A stretch of DNA of 61,457 nucleotides, the filler included. It is 6 parts of 6 records of this genome, joined end to end, with 100 filler letters (N's around TTAATTAATTAA, not from the genome) between each part and the next. Parts side by side here need not be neighbours in the genome. Positions count along the whole stretch, not along the records: positions 6,368 to 16,033 come from SRR31156797_29401; positions 16,134 to 21,916 come from SRR31156797_29418; 4 more parts are not named here. One strand, 5' to 3'. The notes under the pieces were generated by a model, which was given only the letters and a program-made list of their open reading frames with translations, was not told the DNA's origin and did no database searches. The position numbers and the translations under genes were made by a program. Shown in pieces: positions 8,351-18,385 of the stretch; the stretch's first letter is position 1, and each line of letters starts with the position of its first letter.

Positions 8351-10467
8351 TAGATTTGTCCTTTTTCGGCTGCTGCCTGAATTGCTGTGATTGCGACAGT
8401 ATTAACAATATCCGGAACAGTGCAGCCTCTAGAGAGGTCGTTCACAGGCTTGTTGAGACCCTGGAGTACAGGGCCGATTGCGACTGACTGTTCGGCGGAG
8501 CGTTGTACAGCTTTATAGGTATTATTGCCAGTGTTAAGATCGGGGAAAATAAAAACAGTTGCCTGACCGGCTACTTCACTGTCAGGGAGCTTAGTCTTCG
8601 CAACGGAAGGATCGATGGCCGCATCGTACTGAATAGGCCCTTCGAGCTTCAGTTCGGGGTTGCGTTCCTTGGCGATTTTGACCGCTTCCTTAACCTTCTC
8701 AACATCAGCACCCTTACCGGACTGGCCGGTGGAGTAAGACATGAGAGCCACGCGGGGTTCAACACCGAATATTTTAGCGGTTTCAGCAGAGTTCAGAGCG
8801 ATCTCAGCAAGCTGTTCCGCATTGGGGTTCGGGTTGACTGCACAGTCACCGAAGACCAGCACCTTATCTTTGAGGCACATCAGGAAGACACTGGATACGA
8901 TAGACGCACTAGGCTTGGTCTTGATGAACTCAAAAGCAGGACGGATAGTCTGGGCAGTGGTGGTTACAGAGCCGGAAACCATGCCGTCAGCATCGCCCTT
9001 CTGAACCATCATGGATGCAAAGTAAGTGGGGTCAAGCATACGGTCGCGTGCATCAGACATACGGATGCCCTTGTGTTCGCGCAACTTGAAGTAGGTTTCG
9101 CAGTAGTCGTCAAACTGAGGTGCGGATTCAGGATCAAGGATACGCACGTCATTCATTTCAAGACCGAGCTGGGAAATCTTACCGGCAACTTCATCAGCCT
9201 TACCGAGCAGGACGATATCAGCAACACCACGACGGGTCAGGATATCAGCTGCACGCAGAACCCTTTCCCCGGTTCCTTCGGGAAGAACGATGGTCTGCTT
9301 GTTGGCTTTAGCCTTCTGAACCAACTTGTACTCAAACATCTTGGGAGTAACTTTGCTGGACTTGCTGGTGATAAGACGATGTCTGAGCTCATCGGTCTTT
9401 ACGCTTGCTTCAAAAGTACCGAGAGCGGAAGCAGTCTTGCGCTGATCATCAGGATCAATTCTTCCGTACAATTCACTCAGCAGCTGGGTAGTGCGATAAG
9501 TGTTGGTGGATACGGAAAGGATAGGAGTGGGAACACCAGTCCAACCTTCGATCAGACGATGTACGGATGCGCTTGGCTGCAGGCCACCGGTGAGCAGGAT
9601 ACCGGAAATATCCGGGAAAGAGCTGGAAAGCCGGGAAGCCAAAGAGCTCAAGATGATATCAGATCGGTCACCGGGAGTGATAATCAAGCTACCGTCTTCA
9701 ATATACTCAAGGAAGTTGCCGATACGCATAGCTGCGATGACATAGTCATCAACAAGAGTATCAAGTCTTCCGTGACCGTACAGCACAGAACCGTCCAGCC
9801 ATTTGCGGACATCGTTCATACTGGGATTGCCCAGACTTTCGTTTTCATCAATACCGTAAACAAGAAGTTCCTGAGTACATCTGGTCTTGCACTTAATACT
9901 GGACAGGATTTCCTTTTTCTCTTCGCCGGTAGCAGTAAGCCTGTTGATAATTGCGGCTACGGTGTCTACGCCCTTGTCTTCGAGTGCATCGATAACAAGC
10001 TGGGTGGATGCGATGATGTCGTCAGCACTCTTCCCTCTTCCGTTTGCAACCAGAAGAACGGGACAGCTGAGGTTAGCTGCGATTTCCGCGTTGATGTCAA
10101 ACTCAAAGTTCTGATCTTTACCCTGAAAGTCGGTTCCTTCACAAAGCACGAAATCATACTTCTCTTCAAGCAGGCTGTACTTGTTGAGAATATTCTCCAG
10201 CAGCAGGGAGTGTTTGCCACTGTTGATAAGTTCCCTTGCTTCCTTCAGAGTGTAGGCATAGGTGTCTTCATAACTGATATCCAGATTGAAATATTCCATG
10301 ATCAGATTAATATCGTGATCACGGGAACCAGTCTGGTTATCATTAATGATGGGTCGGAAGATGGCGACATGCTGCAGGTCTCTCAGCAACAGTTGCATCA
10401 CTCCCAGAGCAATGGCAGATTTACCGCTCTTCTCTTCGGTGGCAGTGATGTAAAGGTTTTTAGACAC
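8350..10467 (-). CDS. pta: Phosphate acetyltransferase (class II, BioD-like and DRTGG N-terminus)
   Basis: TPGDR, FGDCAVNP, QYDAA, FPDLNTGNNTYK, DLSRGC; stop overlaps the ackA start. Confidence 0.97.
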   Translation of the reverse strand: MSKNLYITATEEKSGKSAIALGVMQLLLRDLQHVAIFRPIINDNQTGSRDHDINLIMEYFNLDISYEDTYAYTLKEARELINSGKHSLLLENILNKYSLLEEKYDFVLCEGTDFQGKDQNFEFDINAEIAANLSCPVLLVANGRGKSADDIIASTQLVIDALEDKGVDTVAAIINRLTATGEEKKEILSSIKCKTRCTQELLVYGIDENESLGNPSMNDVRKWLDGSVLYGHGRLDTLVDDYVIAAMRIGNFLEYIEDGSLIITPGDRSDIILSSLASRLSSSFPDISGILLTGGLQPSASVHRLIEGWTGVPTPILSVSTNTYRTTQLLSELYGRIDPDDQRKTASALGTFEASVKTDELRHRLITSKSSKVTPKMFEYKLVQKAKANKQTIVLPEGTGERVLRAADILTRRGVADIVLLGKADEVAGKISQLGLEMNDVRILDPESAPQFDDYCETYFKLREHKGIRMSDARDRMLDPTYFASMMVQKGDADGMVSGSVTTTAQTIRPAFEFIKTKPSASIVSSVFLMCLKDKVLVFGDCAVNPNPNAEQLAEIALNSAETAKIFGVEPRVALMSYSTGQSGKGADVEKVKEAVKIAKERNPELKLEGPIQYDAAIDPSVAKTKLPDSEVAGQATVFIFPDLNTGNNTYKAVQRSAEQSVAIGPVLQGLNKPVNDLSRGCTVPDIVNTVAITAIQAAAEKGQI

Positions 10468-10633
10468 TGGGATTATCTCCTGTGTAAAGCGTGAACGGCT
10501 GGAACCTTCAGAGCCGCATTTGAAGAGTCCACGCTATTTCATTAAGTTAATCTTGGGCCGGATCTGAACTATGACGATCCTACAAACCCGGAAAATTGCT
10601 TCCAGCCAATCCCTATTTGAACTTTTTTTAATG

Positions 10634-10667
10634 AAGTAGTCCAGAATGAAATCATTCTGGACTACTT
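10634..10667. repeat. Perfect 16-bp inverted repeat within the operon
   Basis: AAGTAGTCCAGAATGA-AA-TCATTCTGGACTACTT; no U-tract in the mRNA direction. Confidence 0.75.
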
Positions 10668-10674
10668 TCGTATA

Positions 10675-11970
10675 CTACTTCAAGGAATCGGCATAGATTT
10701 CAAGGACATGCTTCACCTCTACTCCACCACCGGTCTGAGACAGCATGTCACCAAGCTGCATCATACATGCAGGGCAACCGGTTGCTGCAACCTGTGCACC
10801 TGCGTCGCGGACATTTCCTGCCTTGCGCTCACCGATGCTCTTGGAGAGGTCGTAGTGGTAAAGGTTGAAGGAACCACCGCAGCCGCAGCAACGGTTGGCT
10901 TCGTTCATTTCCTTGAATTCGTAGTTATCATTCTGTTTCAGCAAGGTACGGGGCTGTGCGGTAACACCAAGGGATTTAGAGAGGTGACAGGGGTCGTGGT
11001 AGGTGACGACCTTTCCTCCCTTCTTGGTTTCCGCAGGAGCCTTAACGCCCACGATGTCAACGAGGAATGCGTTAATGTCCATAGTCTTAGCTGCGAGATC
11101 CTTAACTTTTTCAATGAAAACGGGATCTTCGTTTTCAATCATCTTGGGCCAGGTTTCATGAAGTGTGGCTGTGCAGGTAGCACAGGGAGTCACCAGATAA
11201 TCAAAAGTTCCATTTTCGAAAGCTTTGATATTCTGCTTCATGAGAGCAACCATGGTATCAGCATCACCGGAGGCCAGTGTGGGGATACCGCAGCATGCCT
11301 GCCCCTTGGGCAGAAAGATTCCAACGCCGTGGTGTTCAAGAATCTTGATTGCCGCGTGACCTACATTAGGGAACATCTTATCCACAACGCAACCGGGGTA
11401 GAAAGCTACCTTAAGGCCGCTCTGTCCGCGGGGAGTATCCAGTTCAGGGTAGTCCTTACGGAAAGGCTTCTTAGCCAGAGGCATGAAGTGACGTTCACCG
11501 AGCAGCGGATTCAGCATGGCACAACTTGCAGCACCGGAAGCCTTATCGGCGATCTTTGCAAACGGGCCCTGAAACTTCGCGCTCATTTCGGTCAAAGTGT
11601 TAAAGAGCTTGGGACGGGTAAGCAGTCCCTTGAAGATCATCTTCTTGGCTGGAGAAAGTCCCTTATAGGAGGTAACGATAACTCGCGCCTTCATGAAGAT
11701 GTCCATAATCTTTACGCCGGAAGGACAATTAGCTGCACAGGAACCGCAAAGCAGGCACCTGTTAAGCTTTTCGTTAACCTGATCAGCGTCTTTGACCATT
11801 TCGTGGGCAAGCTTCTCCAGAAGAGCAATCTTGCCGCGGGTCACGTCTGCTTCCTGCATGGTCTCGGCGAATACCGGGCATACTGCCTGGCACATACCGC
11901 ACTTCATGCAGGCGACCATCTGGTCATCCAACTCCATGAGGTTTTGTGCTAATTGCTTGAGATCTTCCAT
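10675..11970 (-). CDS. D-lactate dehydrogenase Fe-S subunit (GlcF-like, CCG domains)
   Basis: Two CxxCxxCxxxCP motifs and two CCG domains (ACCG, YHDPCHL, RCCGCGG). Confidence 0.9.
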   Translation of the reverse strand: MEDLKQLAQNLMELDDQMVACMKCGMCQAVCPVFAETMQEADVTRGKIALLEKLAHEMVKDADQVNEKLNRCLLCGSCAANCPSGVKIMDIFMKARVIVTSYKGLSPAKKMIFKGLLTRPKLFNTLTEMSAKFQGPFAKIADKASGAASCAMLNPLLGERHFMPLAKKPFRKDYPELDTPRGQSGLKVAFYPGCVVDKMFPNVGHAAIKILEHHGVGIFLPKGQACCGIPTLASGDADTMVALMKQNIKAFENGTFDYLVTPCATCTATLHETWPKMIENEDPVFIEKVKDLAAKTMDINAFLVDIVGVKAPAETKKGGKVVTYHDPCHLSKSLGVTAQPRTLLKQNDNYEFKEMNEANRCCGCGGSFNLYHYDLSKSIGERKAGNVRDAGAQVAATGCPACMMQLGDMLSQTGGGVEVKHVLEIYADSLK

Positions 11971-11971
11971 G

Positions 11972-13357
11972 CTATACGTCTCCGATAATCTTGGTGGGGT
12001 TCAGGATGCCCTTCGGATCGATAGCGCGCTTCATTTTCAGGGAGTACTCAAGGGTAGCCTTGGAAGTTTCTTTTTCCATCCACTTGGATTTTGCCATACC
12101 GATTCCGTGTTCGCCGGAAAGGGTTCCCTTGAGGGAAAGAGCAACATCAAAGATTTCGTTAACTGCTTCTTCAACGCGGTGGAACTCTTCCTTATTGCGG
12201 TTGTCGCAGAGAATGGTGGGGTGCAGGTTACCATCACCGGCGTGACCGAAGGTTCCGATATCGATTTTGTACTTAGCAGCGATCTTTTCCAGACCTTCCA
12301 TCATAGCAGGAATCTGGGAACGGGGAACAGTTGCATCTTCAAGTACGGTAGTCGGTTTCGCACGAGCAAGAGCAGGCAAAGCGTTACGACGAGCAGTCCA
12401 GAGAGCCTCACGCTCTTCAGCGGTTTCTGCCATCTTAACTTCGTTAGCACCGCATTTCTTACAAATGTTGACAACTTTTTCTGCATCTTCGATGACTTCA
12501 GCCTGATGGCCGTCAACTTCGATAAGCAGAATTGCACCAGCATCGGTAGGCAGACCGGCTTTAGTGAAATCTTCCACGTAGCGGATGGTGGAGTTATCGA
12601 GAAATTCGAGGGTACAGGGAACAATGTGATTCGCGATGATAGAAGCAACAGTTTCAGATGCTTTGTGAACATCAGGGAACACAGCCATCATAGCCTTGGA
12701 AGCCTTCGGCGGCGGAACGAGCTTGAGGATGATGTTGGAGAACACACCCAGAGTTCCTTCGGACGCAACCATGAGGCCAGCGAGGTTGTAACCGGTTACA
12801 CACTTAACTGTGCGGGAACCGGATTTAATCAGGTCACCGTTTACATCATAGAAATCCATGCCCATGACGTAATCCTTGGTAACACCGTATTTGAGTCCAC
12901 GGAGTCCGCCTGCGTTCTCGGCAACGTTACCACCGATGGTGGAAACAGCCTGAGAGCCCGGATCCGGGGGATAGAAAAGTCCTTTAGAAGCAACCTGTGC
13001 TGCAAACTGTGCGGTTACAACACCGGGCTCTACTACTGCGTAGAGGTCCTGCTCATTGATTTCGAGGATTTTGTTGAGACCATTGGTCAGGACAACAACA
13101 CCGCCGGGATGGGGAATGGTACCGCCGGAGAGGTTGGTTCCTGCGCCGCGAACGGTCATAGGCAGGCCGTGTTCGTTACAAAGCTTGGTTACGGGACCGA
13201 GCTGTTCGGTAGTGGTAGGTTTTACTACGAGTGATGGTACCTGGGGATCGAGTACCGCGGAATCGTAAGAGTATGCATGGAGGTCAGCCTCTTCGTGCAT
13301 GACGTTTCCAGCACCTACAATCTTTTCAAAGTCTTTGGCTAATTTAGCGTTGGACAT
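11972..13357 (-). CDS. D-lactate dehydrogenase FAD-binding subunit (GlcD-like)
   Basis: RGAGTNLSGG, YPPDPGS, GHAGDGNLH, SGEHGIG; start taken at ATG 13357 (MSNAK). Confidence 0.92.
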   Translation of the reverse strand: MSNAKLAKDFEKIVGAGNVMHEEADLHAYSYDSAVLDPQVPSLVVKPTTTEQLGPVTKLCNEHGLPMTVRGAGTNLSGGTIPHPGGVVVLTNGLNKILEINEQDLYAVVEPGVVTAQFAAQVASKGLFYPPDPGSQAVSTIGGNVAENAGGLRGLKYGVTKDYVMGMDFYDVNGDLIKSGSRTVKCVTGYNLAGLMVASEGTLGVFSNIILKLVPPPKASKAMMAVFPDVHKASETVASIIANHIVPCTLEFLDNSTIRYVEDFTKAGLPTDAGAILLIEVDGHQAEVIEDAEKVVNICKKCGANEVKMAETAEEREALWTARRNALPALARAKPTTVLEDATVPRSQIPAMMEGLEKIAAKYKIDIGTFGHAGDGNLHPTILCDNRNKEEFHRVEEAVNEIFDVALSLKGTLSGEHGIGMAKSKWMEKETSKATLEYSLKMKRAIDPKGILNPTKIIGDV

Positions 13358-13421
13358 GTTTTTTTTGCTCCTGAATCTAAAAAACAATCATTTATATAAA
13401 TCAATCTGGACTAATTAAACT

Positions 13422-13451
13422 CTCAGGACCGGAGCCGTCTCCGGCCCTGAG
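13422..13451. repeat. Intergenic stem-loop downstream of lldP
   Basis: CTCAGGACCGGAG / CTCCGGCCCTGAG imperfect inverted repeat. Confidence 0.55.
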
Positions 13452-13465
13452 GGGACGTTATTTAA

Positions 13466-15178
13466 TTAGAACAGAGTCGGATACATTACGAAGGAAAGTA
13501 CGCAAGCTACGATACCTACAACTGCGCCGTAGAGGAGGAAAGGCCATACGGTACGCTTAAGGATCTGACCTTCCATACCGGAGAGACCGACAACCGCACA
13601 TGCTGCAACGATGTTGTGAATGCAGATCATGTTACCCATTGCGCCACCAACAGCCTGAGCAGATACGATAATCTGACGGGGCAGATCGAGTTTAGCGGCT
13701 ACGCCCCACTGGAATTCAGCGAAGAGCAGATCGGATACAGTGTTGGAACCGGTGATGAAGGAACCGAGACCACCAACAAAGGATGCGAACATGGGCCAGG
13801 TCTGGCCTGCGAGACCGGAGACAGCTTCAGCCAGTGCCAGAGGCATGGACTGGTAGCCGTTGGGGTTCAGTGCTGCGTCAGCGATACCGGAACCGCGGAA
13901 GATGGATACCAGCGCTACGGAGAAGAACAGTGCGATAGTGGGGTTCTTCATTTTAACGATGGCTTCTTTCCATGCGGTAGCAGCTTTATCAGCAGGCATG
14001 CCGTGGATAAAAATGGTCAGTACTGCTACGAGAGCGAAAGGAATGGTACCGGGCAGGTACAAAACTTTGATGGAGTTGTTTACGGATTCAAAACCGAGGA
14101 TATTCTTAAAGGGAATTGCAACACCTGCGAGCATGCCTTTGAGGCCGAGCTCGGGGATACGAGTGATAACGAGGATGAGACCGATAAGAATGTAAGGAGT
14201 CCATGCTTTGAGCTGGCTCATGTGAGCTTTGAATTCACCGGAGTTTTCTGCAGATACGGAACCGGTCCATTCTGCATCCCAAGTAGAGGGGGCGCCGAAG
14301 TCCCAGGTTTTTTCAGGTACGCAGAAACCATTTTTAGCACCGAGTACAGCAATACCGAGACCTACGAGACCACCAAGCAGGGAGGGGAACTCCGGTCCGA
14401 CAAACCATGCGGTGAAGAGGTAAGGAACGGAGAAAGCAGTGGATGCGAAAAGAGAGAATTTCCATGCAGCGAAACCTTCAGACCATTTCTTGTTTTCACC
14501 GAAGAAACGGGTCATGAAACCGAGCATGAAGATAGGCAGGATGTAGATCATGGGAATGTGCATAACAGTTGACCACTGGCCTACAACTGCGTCGAAAGCT
14601 TCCATGGAGTGGAAGTTCAAGCCGGGAACAGCTGCTGCAACAGCCTGGTCAACATAAGATGTCAGGTATTTCATACCGAGAATAACCGGGGTACCAACAG
14701 CACCGAAGGTTACAGGGAAGGAGTTGTATACCAGACACATTACAACTGCACACAGAGGGGGGAACCCGAGGCTGAGGAGCAGCGGAGCTGCCAGAGCTGC
14801 GGGTGTACCGAAACCTGCGGCACCTTCAATAAATGCGGCAAACAGGTAACCTATGATCAAAACCTGTACGCGACGGTCACGGCTGATACCTTGGAAACCG
14901 TACTGAATAGTTTCCATACCGCCTGAGTATTGCAGAGTGTAAAGAATAATGATTGCCCCGAAAACAATGATCAGGACGCCGATAGCGGTAACAAAACCGT
15001 GCAAAGTAAGAGCTGCAACATAAGCAGTGGGCAGGTTCCAGACGGCAATTGCACCTGCAACAGCAGAGAGCCATGCAACGGGCATAGCTTTAGTTGCGGG
15101 CCAGCGCAGGCCAACCATCAGTACCAGTGCCAGTACGATCGGGATGATCGCAACAAGGGCTAAGATTCCTACAGACAT
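13466..15178 (-). CDS. lldP: L-lactate permease
   Basis: [27 protein letters not shown] LctP motifs; polytopic membrane protein. Confidence 0.95.
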   Translation of the reverse strand: MSVGILALVAIIPIVLALVLMVGLRWPATKAMPVAWLSAVAGAIAVWNLPTAYVAALTLHGFVTAIGVLIIVFGAIIILYTLQYSGGMETIQYGFQGISRDRRVQVLIIGYLFAAFIEGAAGFGTPAALAAPLLLSLGFPPLCAVVMCLVYNSFPVTFGAVGTPVILGMKYLTSYVDQAVAAAVPGLNFHSMEAFDAVVGQWSTVMHIPMIYILPIFMLGFMTRFFGENKKWSEGFAAWKFSLFASTAFSVPYLFTAWFVGPEFPSLLGGLVGLGIAVLGAKNGFCVPEKTWDFGAPSTWDAEWTGSVSAENSGEFKAHMSQLKAWTPYILIGLILVITRIPELGLKGMLAGVAIPFKNILGFESVNNSIKVLYLPGTIPFALVAVLTIFIHGMPADKAATAWKEAIVKMKNPTIALFFSVALVSIFRGSGIADAALNPNGYQSMPLALAEAVSGLAGQTWPMFASFVGGLGSFITGSNTVSDLLFAEFQWGVAAKLDLPRQIIVSAQAVGGAMGNMICIHNIVAACAVVGLSGMEGQILKRTVWPFLLYGAVVGIVACVLSFVMYPTLF

Positions 15179-15358
15179 GTTTCCTCCTTAAGCAGTGAAA
15201 AATCACTTTGTTCTTGCCGCACTCTGACGAAAACACTTTCATCATACCACATAAGCACGGCACAGGTTCAACGTTTTTTGCAAAGTCTGCTGAAATGACT
15301 TCTACCCTGCCCTCCTCTTACTACGATACCTTCCACAATTTCGCAGAGAGAGGGGGTG

Positions 15359-15393
15359 CTGCGGACGGGCCACCTGTGCAGGCCCGTCCGCAG
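15359..15393. repeat. GC-rich stem-loop downstream of por
   Basis: 13-bp perfect stem CTGCGGACGGGCC/GGCCCGTCCGCAG. Confidence 0.65.
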
Positions 15394-15405
15394 GCGCGGG
15401 TGGTG

Positions 15406-16032
<627 letters not shown>

Positions 16033-16033
16033 G

Positions 16034-16133
16034 NNNNNNNNNNNNNNNNNNNNNNNNNNNNNNNNNNNNNNNNNNNNTTAATTAATTAANNNNNNNNNNN
16101 NNNNNNNNNNNNNNNNNNNNNNNNNNNNNNNNN
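16034..16133. other. Artificial contig spacer
   Basis: N44-TTAATTAATTAA-N44. Confidence 0.99.
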
Positions 16134-16134
16134 T

Positions 16135-16401
16135 GAAAAAAGATGTTTTGGAAGAGAAGGTGCAAATACTAAAATCATAAATGAAGATGGAAGTATTGAT
16201 GTTGAAACAAAAGGGGAATATGAAGGTCATAAAGCTATTTACCAAGAGTATGTAGAACTTCCAACTGATAGTGAAGGAAACTCTTACCAAGCTGGCGTTT
16301 TCTATGCTTATGAAGCTTGTGCTTTAGGGTTTAGAAAAGGTGGAAAAATTCTTAACAATATGTCGAAATTTGTAGGTCATTATATAAATAATGATGAATG
16401 A
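16135..16401 (+). CDS. Glutathionylspermidine synthase family protein C-terminus, 5'-truncated
   Basis: Manual translation EKRCFGREGANTKII...AIYQEYVELP...ACALGFRKGGKILNNMSKFVGHY; the FGREGAN and IYQEY motifs fit this ATP-grasp family. Confidence 0.8.
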   Translation, partial: EKRCFGREGANTKIINEDGSIDVETKGEYEGHKAIYQEYVELPTDSEGNSYQAGVFYAYEACALGFRKGGKILNNMSKFVGHYINNDE

Positions 16402-17017
16402 TATAATAAAACAATTTGTTATACTTTGGACAGTAATAGACCCAATAGGTACTATTCCTGTATTTTTAGCAATAACAGCGCAATATGCAAACCAAACTTT
16501 AAATGCAAAATTGGCTATTCGAGCTATTTTTATATCAGCAATAGTTTTATTATTTTTCATTGTATCTGGTGAGATATTGCTTGATTTGATGGATATCCCT
16601 CTTTCTGCTTTTCAAATTGCAGGAGCGATAGTTTTATTTATCTTTGCACTTAGTATGATTTTTGGACAAAGTAAGCCTGAAGAGGAGGTAAATCTAGTAA
16701 AAAGTAGTATTACTCATAGTGCTGTATTTCCTCTTGCAATACCTTCAATAGCCTCACCTGGGGCTATGATGGCTGTTGTCTTACTCACAGATAATAATAG
16801 ATTTTCTATTTTTCATCAGATGATTACCTCTTTGATTATGTTAAGTATTTTAATTATAACTTTAATATTTATGCTTCTTGCTACAAAAATCCAAAAAATA
16901 ATTGGTCTAAGCGGTGCTAGTTTGATTAGTAGAGTTATGGGTTTAATTTTGGCATCAGTTGCGGTAAATGCCTTTTTAACTGGAGTTACAACTTACTTTA
17001 AACTAAATATAGCATAA
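16391..17017 (+). CDS. MarC family membrane protein
   Basis: IDPIGTIPVF, VFPLAIPSIASPG, SRVMGLILA. Confidence 0.92.
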   Translation: MMNDIIKQFVILWTVIDPIGTIPVFLAITAQYANQTLNAKLAIRAIFISAIVLLFFIVSGEILLDLMDIPLSAFQIAGAIVLFIFALSMIFGQSKPEEEVNLVKSSITHSAVFPLAIPSIASPGAMMAVVLLTDNNRFSIFHQMITSLIMLSILIITLIFMLLATKIQKIIGLSGASLISRVMGLILASVAVNAFLTGVTTYFKLNIA

Positions 17018-17106
17018 AGAAGACTTTATATTATATATTTAAATTTTTCTCAAAAATCATAATTTTGTAGTATACTTCGGAAAATATTTTACTACAAGAT
17101 TATGAG

Positions 17107-17760
17107 ATGGCATATAGACATTATTTAGCTATTTTTACAGAGATTAAAGCTAGCAATTTTTTAAAACTACAATCAATTGCACTTTTTATTACAACATATA
17201 TTGATTGGACTTTAATCCCTTTTGTTACAAAACTGGAAGGTACTTATTTACCTGTATTTATGATTAGTTTCTTTATGCTAATTGGTGCTTTAGATGGATT
17301 TATACAACCACTTTTTAAAAATATAAAAATATACAATATCTATTTATTTACTATTATATTGGATATTATTCAAATAGGAAGTTACTTTTTCTTTTCATAT
17401 TCTATTTTATTTTTTACTTATTTAATACTTATAATATTTACAATACAAGCTATAACTTTTGAAATTGCAAGGGTTCATACTGTTGATTTTATGCAAGATG
17501 AAAAGATAGAATTAAAAGACTACTTGATGTTGCGTTCTTTTATGATATCTTTGGCAATTGTTACTGGAAGTTTAAGTGCTATGTTGTTTGATTACTTTAC
17601 AAAAGAATTAAAATATCTATTGATTTACTTATCTTTCATGGGAATTATTGGGATTTTATTTCAATTTAGACTTTATGAGAAGTTTAAAAAAAGAGTTAAT
17701 TTTAATGAAGTCCAAATCCAAAAAGACAAAACTGAACTTTTTGAGAAGTTTAGAACTTAG
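17107..17760 (+). CDS. Hypothetical membrane protein (about 6 TM, half-MFS-like)
   Basis: 217-aa hydrophobic ORF; no family recognised with certainty. Confidence 0.7.
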   Translation: MAYRHYLAIFTEIKASNFLKLQSIALFITTYIDWTLIPFVTKLEGTYLPVFMISFFMLIGALDGFIQPLFKNIKIYNIYLFTIILDIIQIGSYFFFSYSILFFTYLILIIFTIQAITFEIARVHTVDFMQDEKIELKDYLMLRSFMISLAIVTGSLSAMLFDYFTKELKYLLIYLSFMGIIGILFQFRLYEKFKKRVNFNEVQIQKDKTELFEKFRT

Positions 17761-17770
17761 ACTTCATTTT

Positions 17771-18376
17771 TTAGTAATAAAAAGAAAAATATATAAATAT
17801 TACTACAGTTAAGAGACCTAGAGAAGTAAGATAAATTCCCCTTCTTTTAAAGCCATATTTCCCTTTGACTATAAACATAGCAGATATTGCAAAAAAAGCT
17901 AAAACCAAACTGTAAACTAAAGCCAAATAAAACCAAACATTTTCATTGTTTGATAAGTGAGAGTTCATAAATAGTTTTAAATATGGGGGATAATCTTTAT
18001 AGAAAATTATAGACTCACCTGTTTGTTGATTGTATTTTATATCAAACTTTCCAGTTCTACTAAAATGCAAAATATTATTTTGATTATCTACAAACTCTAG
18101 TTTTTTAATATTTTTTTCTACAGCTTTGAAAGTTTCTTTTGTATAAATCTCATCTAGTTTTCCACTCTTTGCTTCAAAAAGTAGTTGCTTTTTAAACTCA
18201 CCTTCTTGGATACCTTTAGAGATAACCGTTGAAAAATTATATTCTATTTTAAACCACCCTAATGCTCTTGCTGAAAGTATAAATCCAGTGATAGAATATA
18301 TTAGCGTTACTCCTATAAAAAAGTACCCAAGGTCTCTATGAAGAGACCTCATGATATTGCTTAATGACTTTTTCAT
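17771..18376 (-). CDS. PepSY-associated TM helix protein
   Basis: RSLHRDLGYFFIG...YSITG; directly downstream of a TonB-dependent receptor. Confidence 0.85.
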   Translation of the reverse strand: MKKSLSNIMRSLHRDLGYFFIGVTLIYSITGFILSARALGWFKIEYNFSTVISKGIQEGEFKKQLLFEAKSGKLDEIYTKETFKAVEKNIKKLEFVDNQNNILHFSRTGKFDIKYNQQTGESIIFYKDYPPYLKLFMNSHLSNNENVWFYLALVYSLVLAFFAISAMFIVKGKYGFKRRGIYLTSLGLLTVVIFIYFSFYY

Positions 18377-18385
18377 AATAGTTTA

